NCBI GenBank assembly: GCA_965232485.1
Contig: OZ246975.1
Span: 936,959-1,000,958, forward strand
From: Rhodothermales bacterium
Lineage (GTDB): Bacteria; Bacteroidota; Rhodothermia; Rhodothermales; VXPQ01
Direction of reading: 5' to 3'
DNA: 64,000 bases
Shown here: positions 7,935-18,363 of the stretch, piece by piece
How the letters are laid out: each line of letters opens with the position of its first letter
Position numbering within the stretch: position 1 is the stretch's first letter
Program-made: the position numbers and the translations under genes
Notes under the pieces: model-generated
The model's database searches: none
Seen by the model: only the letters and a program-made list of their open reading frames with translations
What the model was told of the DNA's origin: nothing

Positions 7935-10445
7935 ATGAACATGAAACGCATCATCCCGCTCAGGAAGCATGGATGTCTTTATGGCCTCAGCGCCATACTC
8001 TTACTCTTCATGGCGTCGTGTAGCGATGCGTCGCAGCAAGCAGGCCAGGACGCCCCGCGAGTCGTAGTGATCGGGGTGGACGGGATGAGCCCTGACGGTA
8101 TCCGCCATGCCGACACCCCGCATCTGGATGCCTTAATGGCGGGCGGCGCATATAGCTTCAAGGCCCGCGCCGTCCTGACCACATCCAGCAGCCAGAATTG
8201 GGCGTCCATGATTATGGGAACAGGACCCGTGCAGCACGGAATCACGTCCAACGACTGGCGACCCGACCACTTCAGCATAGAGCCCACGGCGGCCGGTTCG
8301 GGGCCTATCTTCCCTGCGGTGTTTGACCTGTTGCGCCAGCAAAGGCCCTCAGCGACAAGCGCCTCGATTTATGACTGGAGCGGCTTCGGACGCCTCTATA
8401 ACCAGGGCGCCGTCACAATTGACATAGACGCGGACGGCCCCCAGGCGACCACCGATGCAGCGGTACGCGTCTTCCGTAACGAAAACCCTGTTTTCACGTT
8501 TATTCACCTTGACCATGTGGACGCCGCCGGACACGGCTATGGGCATGGCGCCGAAGAGTACTATGCCGCTGTAGAAGAAGCTGATCGGTATATCGGCGAA
8601 ATCGTTGCGGGGCTGGAAGCAGCGGAAGTGCGCGAAAACACGACTATCATAGTCACAGCCGACCACGGCGGCAAAGACAAAGGCCACGGCGGGGAATCCA
8701 TGGGCGAGGTGGAGATTCCCTGGATTATCAACGGCCCGGGCGTTGCGGCCGGCAAGGAAATCAGCGAACCCATCAATACCTACGATACGGCTGCGACGGC
8801 AGCGTATGTCCTGGGCCTGGTTCCGCCTTATGCCTGGATAGCCCGTCCCGTCTATGATGCTTTCGAAGAGCCGGAGCGCCCGGAACCGATCGAGCCTGGC
8901 CTGGAAGGCGTCGAACATGTCGTGGTAATCGGCGTCGATGCGCTGAGCCCGGACGGTATCCAGAAAGCCCGCACCCCGACCCTCAACCACATGATTCAAA
9001 ACGGTGCGTACAGTTTTACGGCCCGGGGCGTATTGACCACATCCAGCAGCCAGAACTGGGCGTCGATGATCATGGGAGCCGGGCCGGAACAACATGGAAT
9101 CACTTCCAACGATTGGGAGCCTGACAACTTCTCCATCGAGCCCACGGCGAAGGGTCCGGAAGACCTCTTCCCGAGTATTTTTTCCGAACTCCGGGCTGCC
9201 GAGCCGGACGCCTATATCGCCTCCATCTACGATTGGGGCGGCTTCGGGCGGCTGTTTCCCCAAAGCGTGGTCGACGCAAGCATCGACGCCGAGAGTCCGC
9301 AGGACGCCGTGGACAAGGCCCGCGAACAGTTTATGGCGCGCCAGCCCCGGCTCACATTTATTCATCTCGACCACATAGACCATGCCGGCCATACGTACGG
9401 ACATGGATCGGACGAATTCTATGCCTCGGTCGAAGAAGCGGACCGGCTTATCGGCGAGGTCTTGGCGGGTCTGGAAGAAACTGGCATGGCAACGCAGACA
9501 CTGGTGCTCATCTCAGCCGATCATGGAGGAAAGGGTAAGGGCCATGGGGGCGAATCGATGGCCGAGCTTGAAATTCCATGGCTTGCATATGGTCCTGGCG
9601 TCGTGGCAGGCAAGCGCCTCACCGTTCCAATCAATACGTACGATACCGCTGCGACAGTATTGTTAGCCCTGGGTGTATCACAACCGTATGCCTGGATTGC
9701 ACGTCCTGTGGCCTCTGCTTTCGAACGCTATCACGACGCTTCCGAGCCTCTGGGAATGTATATGCCAGCTCCTCGAATTATCCCGCTGGGCGGTCTTGCG
9801 CTTCTGAATGAATCCCCTGAAATTACGATGACCGTAGCGGAGGATCCCGAAGCCGAAATACGATACACGCTCGACGGCAGCGATCCGGATGAGACTTCTC
9901 CGTTGTACGAGGGAGCCTTCCGGATCGCCGGCAATGTCCAGGTAAACGCCAGAACCTTTAAGGGAACGGCGACAAGCAGCGTCTCGCAAACGAGTTACCG
10001 GATACTGCCTCCCGGACAGACAAAAAAGGTCTCTTACGCTTACTACGAAGGGCAGTGGGAGTTCCTCCCCGACTTTGACCGGCTACAGCCCTTGCATACG
10101 GGCAAGGTCTATGAGTTTCACCTGGACGGCGTGGAGAATCGGCGCGAGGATTACTATGCCGTGAAGTTTGAGGGCGTCATCCTGATTGAACAAGCAGGGA
10201 CCTATACGTTCTACACCCGATCCGATGACGGAACCAAACTCTACGTGAACGGCATTGAGGTGGTGAACAATGACGGCTCCCATGGAGCGCTGGAAGAAAG
10301 CGGCGACATTGCCCTTGAGCCCGGAAGACACATGATCGAGGTAGAGTATTTTGAGCATTACGGGGGAGAACACCTCGAGGTGATGTACCATGGGCCGGGG
10401 GTTGAAAGAACCCTGCTCTCCTACATGGTATTTCAATCGGAGTGA
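7935..10445 (+). CDS. Lipoprotein with two tandem alkaline-phosphatase/NPP-superfamily modules plus a PA14-like C-terminal domain
   Basis: Lipobox LLLFMASC. Module 1 (8061-8864) and module 2 (8919-9722) share VVVIGVD..SPDG, TTSSSQNWASMIMG, HGITSNDW, FIHLDH..AGH, ADHGGK.KGHGGES and YAWIARPV. These are followed by IRYTLDGSDP (chitobiase/FN3-associated-like) and a PA14 pattern (YAYYEGQW, YAVKFEGVI, GTYTFYTRSDDGTKLYVNG). Confidence 0.8.
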   Translation: MNMKRIIPLRKHGCLYGLSAILLLFMASCSDASQQAGQDAPRVVVIGVDGMSPDGIRHADTPHLDALMAGGAYSFKARAVLTTSSSQNWASMIMGTGPVQHGITSNDWRPDHFSIEPTAAGSGPIFPAVFDLLRQQRPSATSASIYDWSGFGRLYNQGAVTIDIDADGPQATTDAAVRVFRNENPVFTFIHLDHVDAAGHGYGHGAEEYYAAVEEADRYIGEIVAGLEAAEVRENTTIIVTADHGGKDKGHGGESMGEVEIPWIINGPGVAAGKEISEPINTYDTAATAAYVLGLVPPYAWIARPVYDAFEEPERPEPIEPGLEGVEHVVVIGVDALSPDGIQKARTPTLNHMIQNGAYSFTARGVLTTSSSQNWASMIMGAGPEQHGITSNDWEPDNFSIEPTAKGPEDLFPSIFSELRAAEPDAYIASIYDWGGFGRLFPQSVVDASIDAESPQDAVDKAREQFMARQPRLTFIHLDHIDHAGHTYGHGSDEFYASVEEADRLIGEVLAGLEETGMATQTLVLISADHGGKGKGHGGESMAELEIPWLAYGPGVVAGKRLTVPINTYDTAATVLLALGVSQPYAWIARPVASAFERYHDASEPLGMYMPAPRIIPLGGLALLNESPEITMTVAEDPEAEIRYTLDGSDPDETSPLYEGAFRIAGNVQVNARTFKGTATSSVSQTSYRILPPGQTKKVSYAYYEGQWEFLPDFDRLQPLHTGKVYEFHLDGVENRREDYYAVKFEGVILIEQAGTYTFYTRSDDGTKLYVNGIEVVNNDGSHGALEESGDIALEPGRHMIEVEYFEHYGGEHLEVMYHGPGVERTLLSYMVFQSE

Positions 10446-11860
10446 GGATTTCCGCAAACCAGCCTCAGTGGATAATGAAGCAGCATCGCGCCAACCAGGA
10501 TCCGGACTATCTTGACTCTGAGGGCGATTTGAATATCTCGCCGCGCCGGGCCGCCTGGGTCGCTGACCAGATTGACGAGGAGACGAAGGCGCTGCTGGAC
10601 GAAGACGCCCGGTACTTTCTGCGCCAGTCGCTCTCCACGCCCTGCCTCAATGTGCTGCGCGCGTGTGACGGGGTCTACATTGAAGACTATCAGGGCCGGC
10701 GCATCATGGATTTCCACGGCAACTGGGTGCATCAGGTCGGCTTCCGGAATCCACGTGTAATTGCGGCCATTACAGAGCAGCTACACACCCTTCCGTTCTG
10801 CACGCGGCGGTATACGAACGCACCCGCCATCGAACTCGCCAAAAAGCTGGCCGAACTGGCGCCCGGCATGCTCAACAAGGCGCTCTTCGCCCCCGGCGGA
10901 GCGCTTGCAATGGGCATGGCCCTGAAATTAGCCCGCGTCGCGACAGGGCGCTTCAAAACCATCTCCATGTGGGATGCTTTTCATGGCGCGTCTCTCGACG
11001 CAATCTCCATTGGCGGAGAAGCCGTTTTTCGCCGCGGCATTGGCCCGCTATTGCCAGGAACCGAACATGTGCCGCCGCCCAATCCAAGCGCATGCCCCTT
11101 TGGCTGCCAACGTACGTGCAGCCTGAAATGCGCCGAGTATATCGACTACGTCCTTGAGAAAGAAGGCGATGTCGCGGCGGTGGTCGCCGAAACAGTGCGC
11201 AGCGTCCCGTACATCCCCCCTGTCGAATACTGGCAGATCGTGCGAAAAGCCTGCGATCGTCACGGCGCCCTGCTGATTCTGGATGAGATTCCGCACGCCC
11301 TCGGGCGCACCGGGACCATGTTCGCCTGCGAGCGCTACGGCGTCGAGCCGGATATCCTTGTCCTTGGCAAGGGGCTCGGCGGCGGCGTCTTCCCGCTTGC
11401 CGCCATGCTTGCCCGCGAAAATCTCGACGTGGCGAAAGATAGCGCGCTCGGACACTACACGCACGAGAAAAATCCTGTAGCCTGCGCCGCCGCGCTGGCT
11501 GCCATTCATTTCCTAGAAGAAGAAAATATCCTCGCCCATACGCGCACCCTCGGCGCATGGGCGCTTGATCAGATGCGCATGATGATGGAACGCCACCGCC
11601 TCATCGGCGACGTGCGGGGTCTGGGGCTAATGCTCGGCATGGAACTCGTGAAGGATCGGGCTACGATGGAACGCGCACCCGGGGCCGCAGAGGAAGTCAT
11701 GTACCGGGCGTTGTCTCGCGGGCTCAGTTTCAAGCTGACCATGGGCAATATCATTGCGCTGGCGCCGGCGCTCACCATTACCCGGGAGGAAATGGCCAAG
11801 GCGTTGGACATTCTGGACATCTGCATTACAGAGGTGGAAGCCGGGGGAACTGCCGATTAA
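10442..11860 (+). CDS. Class-III (aspartate aminotransferase family) PLP enzyme; candidate aminophosphonate transaminase or PbfA-like lyase
   Basis: The GTG start overlaps the previous stop (GTGA); ATG 10475 is an alternative. DFHGNWVHQVGF, LILDEIPHALGRTG and LGKGLGGG (Schiff-base Lys) are class-III hallmarks. The specific function is inferred from phosphonate context only. Confidence 0.75.
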   Translation: MRISANQPQWIMKQHRANQDPDYLDSEGDLNISPRRAAWVADQIDEETKALLDEDARYFLRQSLSTPCLNVLRACDGVYIEDYQGRRIMDFHGNWVHQVGFRNPRVIAAITEQLHTLPFCTRRYTNAPAIELAKKLAELAPGMLNKALFAPGGALAMGMALKLARVATGRFKTISMWDAFHGASLDAISIGGEAVFRRGIGPLLPGTEHVPPPNPSACPFGCQRTCSLKCAEYIDYVLEKEGDVAAVVAETVRSVPYIPPVEYWQIVRKACDRHGALLILDEIPHALGRTGTMFACERYGVEPDILVLGKGLGGGVFPLAAMLARENLDVAKDSALGHYTHEKNPVACAAALAAIHFLEEENILAHTRTLGAWALDQMRMMMERHRLIGDVRGLGLMLGMELVKDRATMERAPGAAEEVMYRALSRGLSFKLTMGNIIALAPALTITREEMAKALDILDICITEVEAGGTAD

Positions 11861-12014
11861 CCATAGCCTGGCAAACAAATCAGAGGTTTCATTTAATTTC
11901 GAAATGGCGTATGATAGATGTGTATTGTGCAACTTTATGTTTCGATTTACGATCATTGCCCCTTGCTGTCGCCAACCGAGTAGTTAAGCGAGCGTAACCA
12001 CTATAAAAACCGCG

Positions 12015-13307
12015 ATGTCCAGCAAGCATGCAAACGACCGTCCCATTTCCACTACCCCTTTCACGGTCAACGGGCGGACCTACCGCCCCCCGGATCGTCC
12101 TGTGGCGGTCGTCTGCATCGACGGATGCGCCGATGAATATCTAAGCGCTTCGCTGGCGCGCGGGCGTATGGACAACCTCCAGCGGATGCTGGCCGCCGGA
12201 GGATATCGCGGGATGGTCCGGGGCGCTCTCCCCTCCTTCACCAACGTCAACAATGCGTCCATCGCGACGGGGCTTCCGCCGTCGGCGCATGGGATAAGCG
12301 GTAATTTTTTTCTTGATCCGGAGACAGGCGAAGAGGTGATGATGAACTCGGCCGCCTATCTTCGCGCCGAGACGATACTTGCCGCGGCAGCCCAGGCCGG
12401 CCGAAAGGTGGCCATGGTGACCGCCAAAGAAAAGCTCCGGGATATACTCGCCCACAACCTCGACGGCGTCGCCTTCTCCGCCGAGAAAGCGAACGAGGCA
12501 ACAGAAGAAACACACGGTATCTCGGATGTCGAAGAGTTGGCAGGGGCTTCCACGCCGCCGATTTACAGCGCCGACGCAAGCTTGTTCGTGCTCAAAGCCG
12601 GCGTGGCGCTCATGGAAAAGGGGCTGGCCGATTTCCTTTACTTGTCGCTGACCGACTATATGCAGCACAAGTATGCGCCAGACGCCCCGGAGTCCCTGGA
12701 TTTTCATGAAAACCTTGATCGCGAACTGGGGCGTTTGCTTGCATGCGACGCTGTCGTCGGAGCCACGGCGGATCACGGCATGAATGCGAAGCAGACGCTC
12801 GACGGTAAACCCAACGCAATCTATCTGGAGAGCCTGCTAACCGAAAAATTCGGGGAAAACATCCGTGTCATTCTGCCCATCACCGACCCATATGTAGTAC
12901 ATCACGGGGCCCTTGGGGCCTTTGCAGTGGTCCATGTGCCCGACCCGATAATAATCGATGCTGTGCTTGGTTACGTGCGCGAGATCGACGGCATTACAGA
13001 AGCGTACGACCGAGCGACCGCCGCAAGAAAGCTTCAATTGCCGCAAGACCGTATCGGCGACCTCGCAGTGCTGTCCGGGCGTGACGTGGTGATCGGGCGC
13101 ACGCCGGCGCATCACGATCTAAGTCTCGTTCAAGGCGGGTTGCGCTCCCATGGAGGACGTTACGAAGAAATGGTGCCGCTGCTTCTCTCCGAGCCGCTCA
13201 ATGCGCTCTATGCCCGTTATGCAGCCGCCGATCCGCGTAATTTCGATGTCTTCGACTTCACTGTGAACGGAACCCTTGCGTCAACGCGCGCTATCGAACC
13301 AGGATAA
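12015..13307 (+). CDS. phnA: Phosphonoacetate hydrolase (alkaline-phosphatase superfamily)
   Basis: 430 aa. VAVVCIDGCADEYL, PSFTNVNNASIATG and HGISGNFF are motifs of phosphonoacetate hydrolase. The gene sits directly upstream of phnY. Confidence 0.82.
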   Translation: MSSKHANDRPISTTPFTVNGRTYRPPDRPVAVVCIDGCADEYLSASLARGRMDNLQRMLAAGGYRGMVRGALPSFTNVNNASIATGLPPSAHGISGNFFLDPETGEEVMMNSAAYLRAETILAAAAQAGRKVAMVTAKEKLRDILAHNLDGVAFSAEKANEATEETHGISDVEELAGASTPPIYSADASLFVLKAGVALMEKGLADFLYLSLTDYMQHKYAPDAPESLDFHENLDRELGRLLACDAVVGATADHGMNAKQTLDGKPNAIYLESLLTEKFGENIRVILPITDPYVVHHGALGAFAVVHVPDPIIIDAVLGYVREIDGITEAYDRATAARKLQLPQDRIGDLAVLSGRDVVIGRTPAHHDLSLVQGGLRSHGGRYEEMVPLLLSEPLNALYARYAAADPRNFDVFDFTVNGTLASTRAIEPG

Positions 13308-13359
13308 CAGGCGATCCAGCCCCTTAAGCGCCTTTCGTCTATAATATGACCCCGGAATT

Positions 13360-14817
13360 ATGGAAACGTCTATCGCCATTTCCAAAAACGACCATGTCGG
13401 CGCGCATGATCTTCCCTGTTACATTGCGGGACGTAAAGTCGTCACGGATGAACGGTTAACGGTTTACAATCCCTATACCGGCGACGTCGCCGGGACGGTA
13501 AGCAGTGTCTGTCGCAGCCAAACGCACGAGGCCATTGAGGCCGCGCTCAAAGGAGGCGAGTTGCTGACGCGCTATCGGCGCTACGAGATCCTGAACAAGG
13601 CGCGCTCGCTTTTGCTGGAGCAAGCGGAATCGTTTGCCCATTTGATAACGGCAGAGTCGGGGCTGTGCCTGCGCGAAACCCGGTACGAGGTCGGGAGAGC
13701 CTGCGACGTGCTTCAGTTTGCCGCAATGGAGGCGCTGAAAGATGACGGGCAGATATTTTCCTGCGACATTACGCCCACCGGGAAGGCCCGGAAAATCTTT
13801 ACGTTGCGCGAACCGCACCGCCTGGTAGTCGCCATTACCCCATTCAATCACCCCCTCAACCAGGTGATGCACAAGATCGCTCCAGCCATTGCCGTCGGAG
13901 CGCCGGTGGCGCTCAAGCCTTCCGAAAAGACGCCGCTTACGGCTGTCCGGTGCGTCGAGTTGATGTATGAAGCAGGGCTGCCCGAATGGATGCTGAGCGT
14001 TATCGTCGGACCAATGGACGAGGTGGCCGAGGAACTGGTCGTCGACCCTCGAACCGAAGTAGTGAGCTTTACCGGCAGCGTCGAAATCGGTAAGAAAATC
14101 GCTCAAAGAGCCGGTTACAAAAAGCTGATTCTGGAACTGGGCGGAAATGCCCCGTTGATCGTACTGGAAGACGCCGACATGGACCTGGCCGTGCACCTGG
14201 CCGCGGAAGGATGTTATCGCAACTCAGGCCAGCGTTGCACCGCCGTAAAACGCTTGCTCATCCACGAAGACGTCCTGGATACGTTTACCAGGCGCTTCGT
14301 ACAAGCCTCGAAAGCCTATGTCTATGGCGACCCAATGGACCTGGATACGCGCGTCGGGACAGTCATCGACGAGGCAGCGGCCATCCGGCTTGAGACCGTG
14401 GTGCAGAAAGCCGTCGACGGCGGAGCCCGGGTGTTGCTCGGCGGCGAACGCCGCGGCGCCCTCCTCGCGCCGACCGTAATCGCCGACACGCCGCGCGATG
14501 CAGAGATGGTTATGTGCGAATCCTTCGGTCCTCTGGCGCCCATTATGGCGATCAAGGACCTCGACGACGCCATCGCACTTGCCAACAGCACGGACTACGG
14601 CCTCTCTTCCGGCATAGTCACCAAAGACTTCAACAAAGCGCTTAAGGCGGTAAAGGAAATACGCACGGGCACTGTGAACATTAATGAGGTGCCCGGCTAC
14701 CGCATCGAGTTGTCTCCCTTCGGCGGCGTAAAAGATTCCGGTTTGGGAATCAAAGAGGGCGTCCTTGAGACCATGAAGGGGTTAACCGCAGTGAAAACGT
14801 TTTCCCTGCCCTGGTAG
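13360..14817 (+). CDS. phnY: NAD-dependent aldehyde dehydrogenase, probable phosphonoacetaldehyde dehydrogenase
   Basis: 485 aa ALDH fold (ELGGNAP, GQRCTA catalytic Cys, PFGGVKDSG). Its position between phnA and the other phosphonate genes supports the PhnY role. Confidence 0.78.
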   Translation: METSIAISKNDHVGAHDLPCYIAGRKVVTDERLTVYNPYTGDVAGTVSSVCRSQTHEAIEAALKGGELLTRYRRYEILNKARSLLLEQAESFAHLITAESGLCLRETRYEVGRACDVLQFAAMEALKDDGQIFSCDITPTGKARKIFTLREPHRLVVAITPFNHPLNQVMHKIAPAIAVGAPVALKPSEKTPLTAVRCVELMYEAGLPEWMLSVIVGPMDEVAEELVVDPRTEVVSFTGSVEIGKKIAQRAGYKKLILELGGNAPLIVLEDADMDLAVHLAAEGCYRNSGQRCTAVKRLLIHEDVLDTFTRRFVQASKAYVYGDPMDLDTRVGTVIDEAAAIRLETVVQKAVDGGARVLLGGERRGALLAPTVIADTPRDAEMVMCESFGPLAPIMAIKDLDDAIALANSTDYGLSSGIVTKDFNKALKAVKEIRTGTVNINEVPGYRIELSPFGGVKDSGLGIKEGVLETMKGLTAVKTFSLPW

Positions 14818-14821
14818 CTAT

Positions 14822-16966
14822 ATGTCGAAAAGGTTCGATATCCAAAGACAAACCGGGAGGCCGATTATGCGCTGGCTTCCAACGGACCGGATAACGGGGA
14901 TCGTCGCAGGCTTGTTGTGCTCCCTGACTACGCTCGCCCATGCGCAACCGCTGCCCTTCTACGACAATTTCAATGACGGCGACTATGCTGGTTGGACAGT
15001 TACGGACGATGTGCAACCACAACACGGACCCAGCGAATGGGTGGTCGAGCAGGGCGTATTGGTTCAAAAATCCAACATCTGGGCCTATGGACCCGTGGAG
15101 TTGGAAACAAAATACCATCTGGGCACGCACATCGCCGCCGGCGACAGAAACTGGACCGATTATTCGCTCAATGCGCTGGTCCGATCCGCAGACAATGACG
15201 GAGTCGGCCTGATCTTTCGCTACCAGGACGCAAAAAATTATTACCGTGTCCTATTGATGAACGACCCGTCCTGGTCAGGCCGGGACTCCTCGGGAACGCC
15301 TGTTAACACCCCATTGCAGCGCATCCAGAAATTCGTCGATGGAGAGCCATATATCCTCGCTGAAAATCTGGTCTCCCAAGCCTATCCCTCCGGCTTCTTT
15401 GCCTTGACGGCAGACGTGCGGGGCGACGCCATCCACGCCTATCTCAATGGAAACCTGATTCTGAGCGCCAGGGACCGGCAGCACGAGGCAGGCGGTATCG
15501 GGTTGTTGTCTTACGCCAACGCCGGGGCGTATTACGATAGCGTGTCCGTTACGAGCGAGCAGTTTATATATTCCAAACCGGACGAGACGATCATTACGTA
15601 TCCAGTTCGGGAATTCAGGGCTCCGTACATCCAGAATCCAACCCGTACCTCTGTCGAAGTTGCCTGGCGCACGGTCGAGAAACAGGTTGGAAGGGTGAAG
15701 TACGGGCAAAAAAAGGGGGTCTTAAGCGAGGAAGCGGTGGAATCGGAAGCCCGGCAAAAACATCACGTCAAGATTAATGGCCTGGAGGAAAGCACCCGGT
15801 ATTTCTACGAGGTTTACAGCGAAAATCAACGCGTGGCGGGCGAAGAGAATTTTCGCACGGCCCGAAGTCATGACGAAACGCTGTTTTCCTTCCTGGTTCT
15901 CGGCGATAGCGGCGTGGACACCCCCACCCAGTGGCGTCTGGGCCGGCAGATGCAGCTCAGCGCGAATAATAGAGAGATTGATTTTATTGTCCACGTGGGA
16001 GATGTGCATCAGGGCAGCGGGGACTACTACGACGATATATACTTTAAACCCTACGCCAGTTTGCTCAAGAACGTCAATGTGTTCACCTCACTTGGCAACC
16101 ACGACGTGATTACGGACAACGGCGGGGTGTACCTTGATGATTTTTACCTGCCTCACAACAACCCGGACAGCACCGAGCGCTACTATTCTTTCCGCTGGGC
16201 TAATGCCTATTTCATCGCCCTGGACACCAACGGAGACTTCAGTCCCGGTTCGCCCCAACATGCTTTTCTGATCAATGCATTGACCGATAGCCTCCGAACT
16301 TCGGCCGCCTGGACGTTCGTCTATGCTCATCATCCGCCCTACACTGAGCACTGGACCGATTATTATGGCGACAAAAGGGTTCAGGATCATCTGGTGCCCA
16401 TTTACGAGCAATACGACGTGGACATGGTGATGAATGGCCATACGCACAGTTACGAGCGCGGAGAGATGGAACATGTGCACTACCTGGTTTCCGGCGGCGG
16501 AGGCGGTGGCCTGGACGATTATTTTACCGATTACGACCACATCGCCTTCTCCGACATGGTCCATCATTTTACGCGAATTGATGTGGATAACGATGAATTG
16601 CACGTCACAGCCATTGATCAGCAAAGCAGTGTGGTAGATCGATTTACGATAAATAAATTCGTACAGGTATCCATCCAGGATCATGAGCTGCCCCAGGCGC
16701 TGGATTTTATTGATCTGGAGCCCGGTTACCCGAATCCCGTCACCGATACGACTGCTTTCGTGTATCGCATCGCGCAAGAGGCGCGGGTGAAACTCGAACT
16801 GTTCGACCTGACCGGGCGCAAGTTGTCCACTCTGGTCGATCAGTTTCATCCCGTTGGAACATACAGGGTCGTGCTTGACGCCGCCCGTCTGGCGAACGGA
16901 ACGTATGTGGTGAACCTGACCGCCGGAAACTTTACGCGAAGCCAACAACTGACGATTATCAAATAA
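14822..16966 (+). CDS. Secreted DUF1080/LamG-like + purple-acid-phosphatase-like metallophosphoesterase with T9SS type-A C-terminal domain
   Basis: Has a signal peptide. PFYDNFNDGDYAGWTV..WVVEQGVLVQ is DUF1080-like. LVLGDSG, HVGDVH, GNHD, HHPPY and NGHTHSYER are metallophosphoesterase motifs. The C-terminus GYPNPVTDTTAFVYRI..LELFDLTGRKL..GTYVVNL..QQLTIIK is a T9SS sorting tail. Confidence 0.8.
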   Translation: MSKRFDIQRQTGRPIMRWLPTDRITGIVAGLLCSLTTLAHAQPLPFYDNFNDGDYAGWTVTDDVQPQHGPSEWVVEQGVLVQKSNIWAYGPVELETKYHLGTHIAAGDRNWTDYSLNALVRSADNDGVGLIFRYQDAKNYYRVLLMNDPSWSGRDSSGTPVNTPLQRIQKFVDGEPYILAENLVSQAYPSGFFALTADVRGDAIHAYLNGNLILSARDRQHEAGGIGLLSYANAGAYYDSVSVTSEQFIYSKPDETIITYPVREFRAPYIQNPTRTSVEVAWRTVEKQVGRVKYGQKKGVLSEEAVESEARQKHHVKINGLEESTRYFYEVYSENQRVAGEENFRTARSHDETLFSFLVLGDSGVDTPTQWRLGRQMQLSANNREIDFIVHVGDVHQGSGDYYDDIYFKPYASLLKNVNVFTSLGNHDVITDNGGVYLDDFYLPHNNPDSTERYYSFRWANAYFIALDTNGDFSPGSPQHAFLINALTDSLRTSAAWTFVYAHHPPYTEHWTDYYGDKRVQDHLVPIYEQYDVDMVMNGHTHSYERGEMEHVHYLVSGGGGGGLDDYFTDYDHIAFSDMVHHFTRIDVDNDELHVTAIDQQSSVVDRFTINKFVQVSIQDHELPQALDFIDLEPGYPNPVTDTTAFVYRIAQEARVKLELFDLTGRKLSTLVDQFHPVGTYRVVLDAARLANGTYVVNLTAGNFTRSQQLTIIK

Positions 16967-17130
16967 CGTAACCCGAAACGCAAGGCGACGCGAGGCAGGT
17001 ATGACATGGCGCATGGCGACTGGTTGCCCGATGGCGTTCGTGGTTTTCAGGGTATGTGGAATCTACCTGATTTTTATCATCGACGATCCTTTCGCCGTCA
17101 TGCGCAGGCGGCGTCGATGAAATAGCGCGC

Positions 17131-18333
17131 ATGCCAACCGTCATGTCAAGCGGCGCCAAACACATGCCCCATGCGCTAAAAGCAGATATTGCCGTGATCG
17201 GCGCGGGTATCGCTGGAATCGCCCATGCCCTCGAGGCGGCGCGGCGGGGACTATCGGTCGTCCTCTTTGAGCGCGACACGCGCGCGCTCGGAGCCTCGAT
17301 TCGCAACTTCGGCATCGTCTTTCCACTCGGGATGTCGCCTGGAACATCCCACGAGCGGGCCTTGCGTAGTCGAGCGACCTGGCTGGAGATCGCAACTCAG
17401 GCGGGTATTTGGCGCAAGTCGACAGGCTCCCTCATCGCAGCCTACCACGAGGATGAGTATGCCGTTCTAAACGAATTTATCGAAGAGGCCCCAAAACTCG
17501 GCTACAGGTGCGCATGGCTTGATCCCGAAGAGGCGGTTCGCCGAAGCCCGGCCCTTCGGACTCACGGACTGCGAGGCGGGCTCTGGAGCCCGGAGGAGAT
17601 TATCGTTGACCCGCGCGAGGCCATAGCAAAGCTTCCCGGTTACCTTCATAGTAAGTACAATGTTGAATTGCGCTTCGGAAAAACCGTCGCCGGCATTGCC
17701 ATGCCTTACATTGAAGCCGGCGACGAGATATGGCGCGTCGAACGGGCTGTCGTATGCAGCGGCGCTGACTTCGAAACGCTGTACCCGGCTGCTTTCGCCG
17801 CCAGCGGACTGACGCGCTGCAAACTGCAGATGATGCGCACGGTCCCGCAACCCGGCATGTGGCGCCTCGGCCCTATACTTGCCACCGGCCTCAGCCTGCG
17901 TCGCTATCCGGCATTCTCGTTGTGCCCATCGCTGCCCGCCTTGAAACGCCGCATTGCTCAGAACCATCCGGCCCTCGAACAATGGGGAATCCATATCCTG
18001 ATTGCGCAAAACGGCGCGGGAGAACTCCTCCTGGGGGATTCTCACGAGTATGGCTGGACGCCGGATCCGTTCGATCGCCCGGAGATCGACGCGCTGATCC
18101 TGACGTATCTGGAGACCATTTTTGCGCCGCCTTCGTTGACGATTCTCCAGCGCTGGCGCGGCGTATACGCCAAGCGCCCCGCACATGACGTCTTCCTTGC
18201 AGAGCCAGAGCCGAATGTTCGCATCGTCAATGGCCTCGGCGGAACCGGCATGACCACAAGTTTCGGCCTGGCGCAAGATGTTTTTACCGATTGGGAGGGA
18301 GCGCGGAACCTTACCTTGCAGGAGATTCCTTAA
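17131..18333 (+). CDS. FAD-dependent oxidoreductase (DAO family; TIGR03364-like clade associated with phosphonate loci)
   Basis: Rossmann motif DIAVIGAGIAGIAHALEAARRGLSVVLFERD. Size and synteny fit the phosphonate-associated FAD oxidase clade, but this family call is unverified. The start could be ATG 17164. Confidence 0.72.
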   Translation: MPTVMSSGAKHMPHALKADIAVIGAGIAGIAHALEAARRGLSVVLFERDTRALGASIRNFGIVFPLGMSPGTSHERALRSRATWLEIATQAGIWRKSTGSLIAAYHEDEYAVLNEFIEEAPKLGYRCAWLDPEEAVRRSPALRTHGLRGGLWSPEEIIVDPREAIAKLPGYLHSKYNVELRFGKTVAGIAMPYIEAGDEIWRVERAVVCSGADFETLYPAAFAASGLTRCKLQMMRTVPQPGMWRLGPILATGLSLRRYPAFSLCPSLPALKRRIAQNHPALEQWGIHILIAQNGAGELLLGDSHEYGWTPDPFDRPEIDALILTYLETIFAPPSLTILQRWRGVYAKRPAHDVFLAEPEPNVRIVNGLGGTGMTTSFGLAQDVFTDWEGARNLTLQEIP

Positions 18334-18363
18334 CCCGTCTCGCAACCTGCCATCTCCTTGCCG

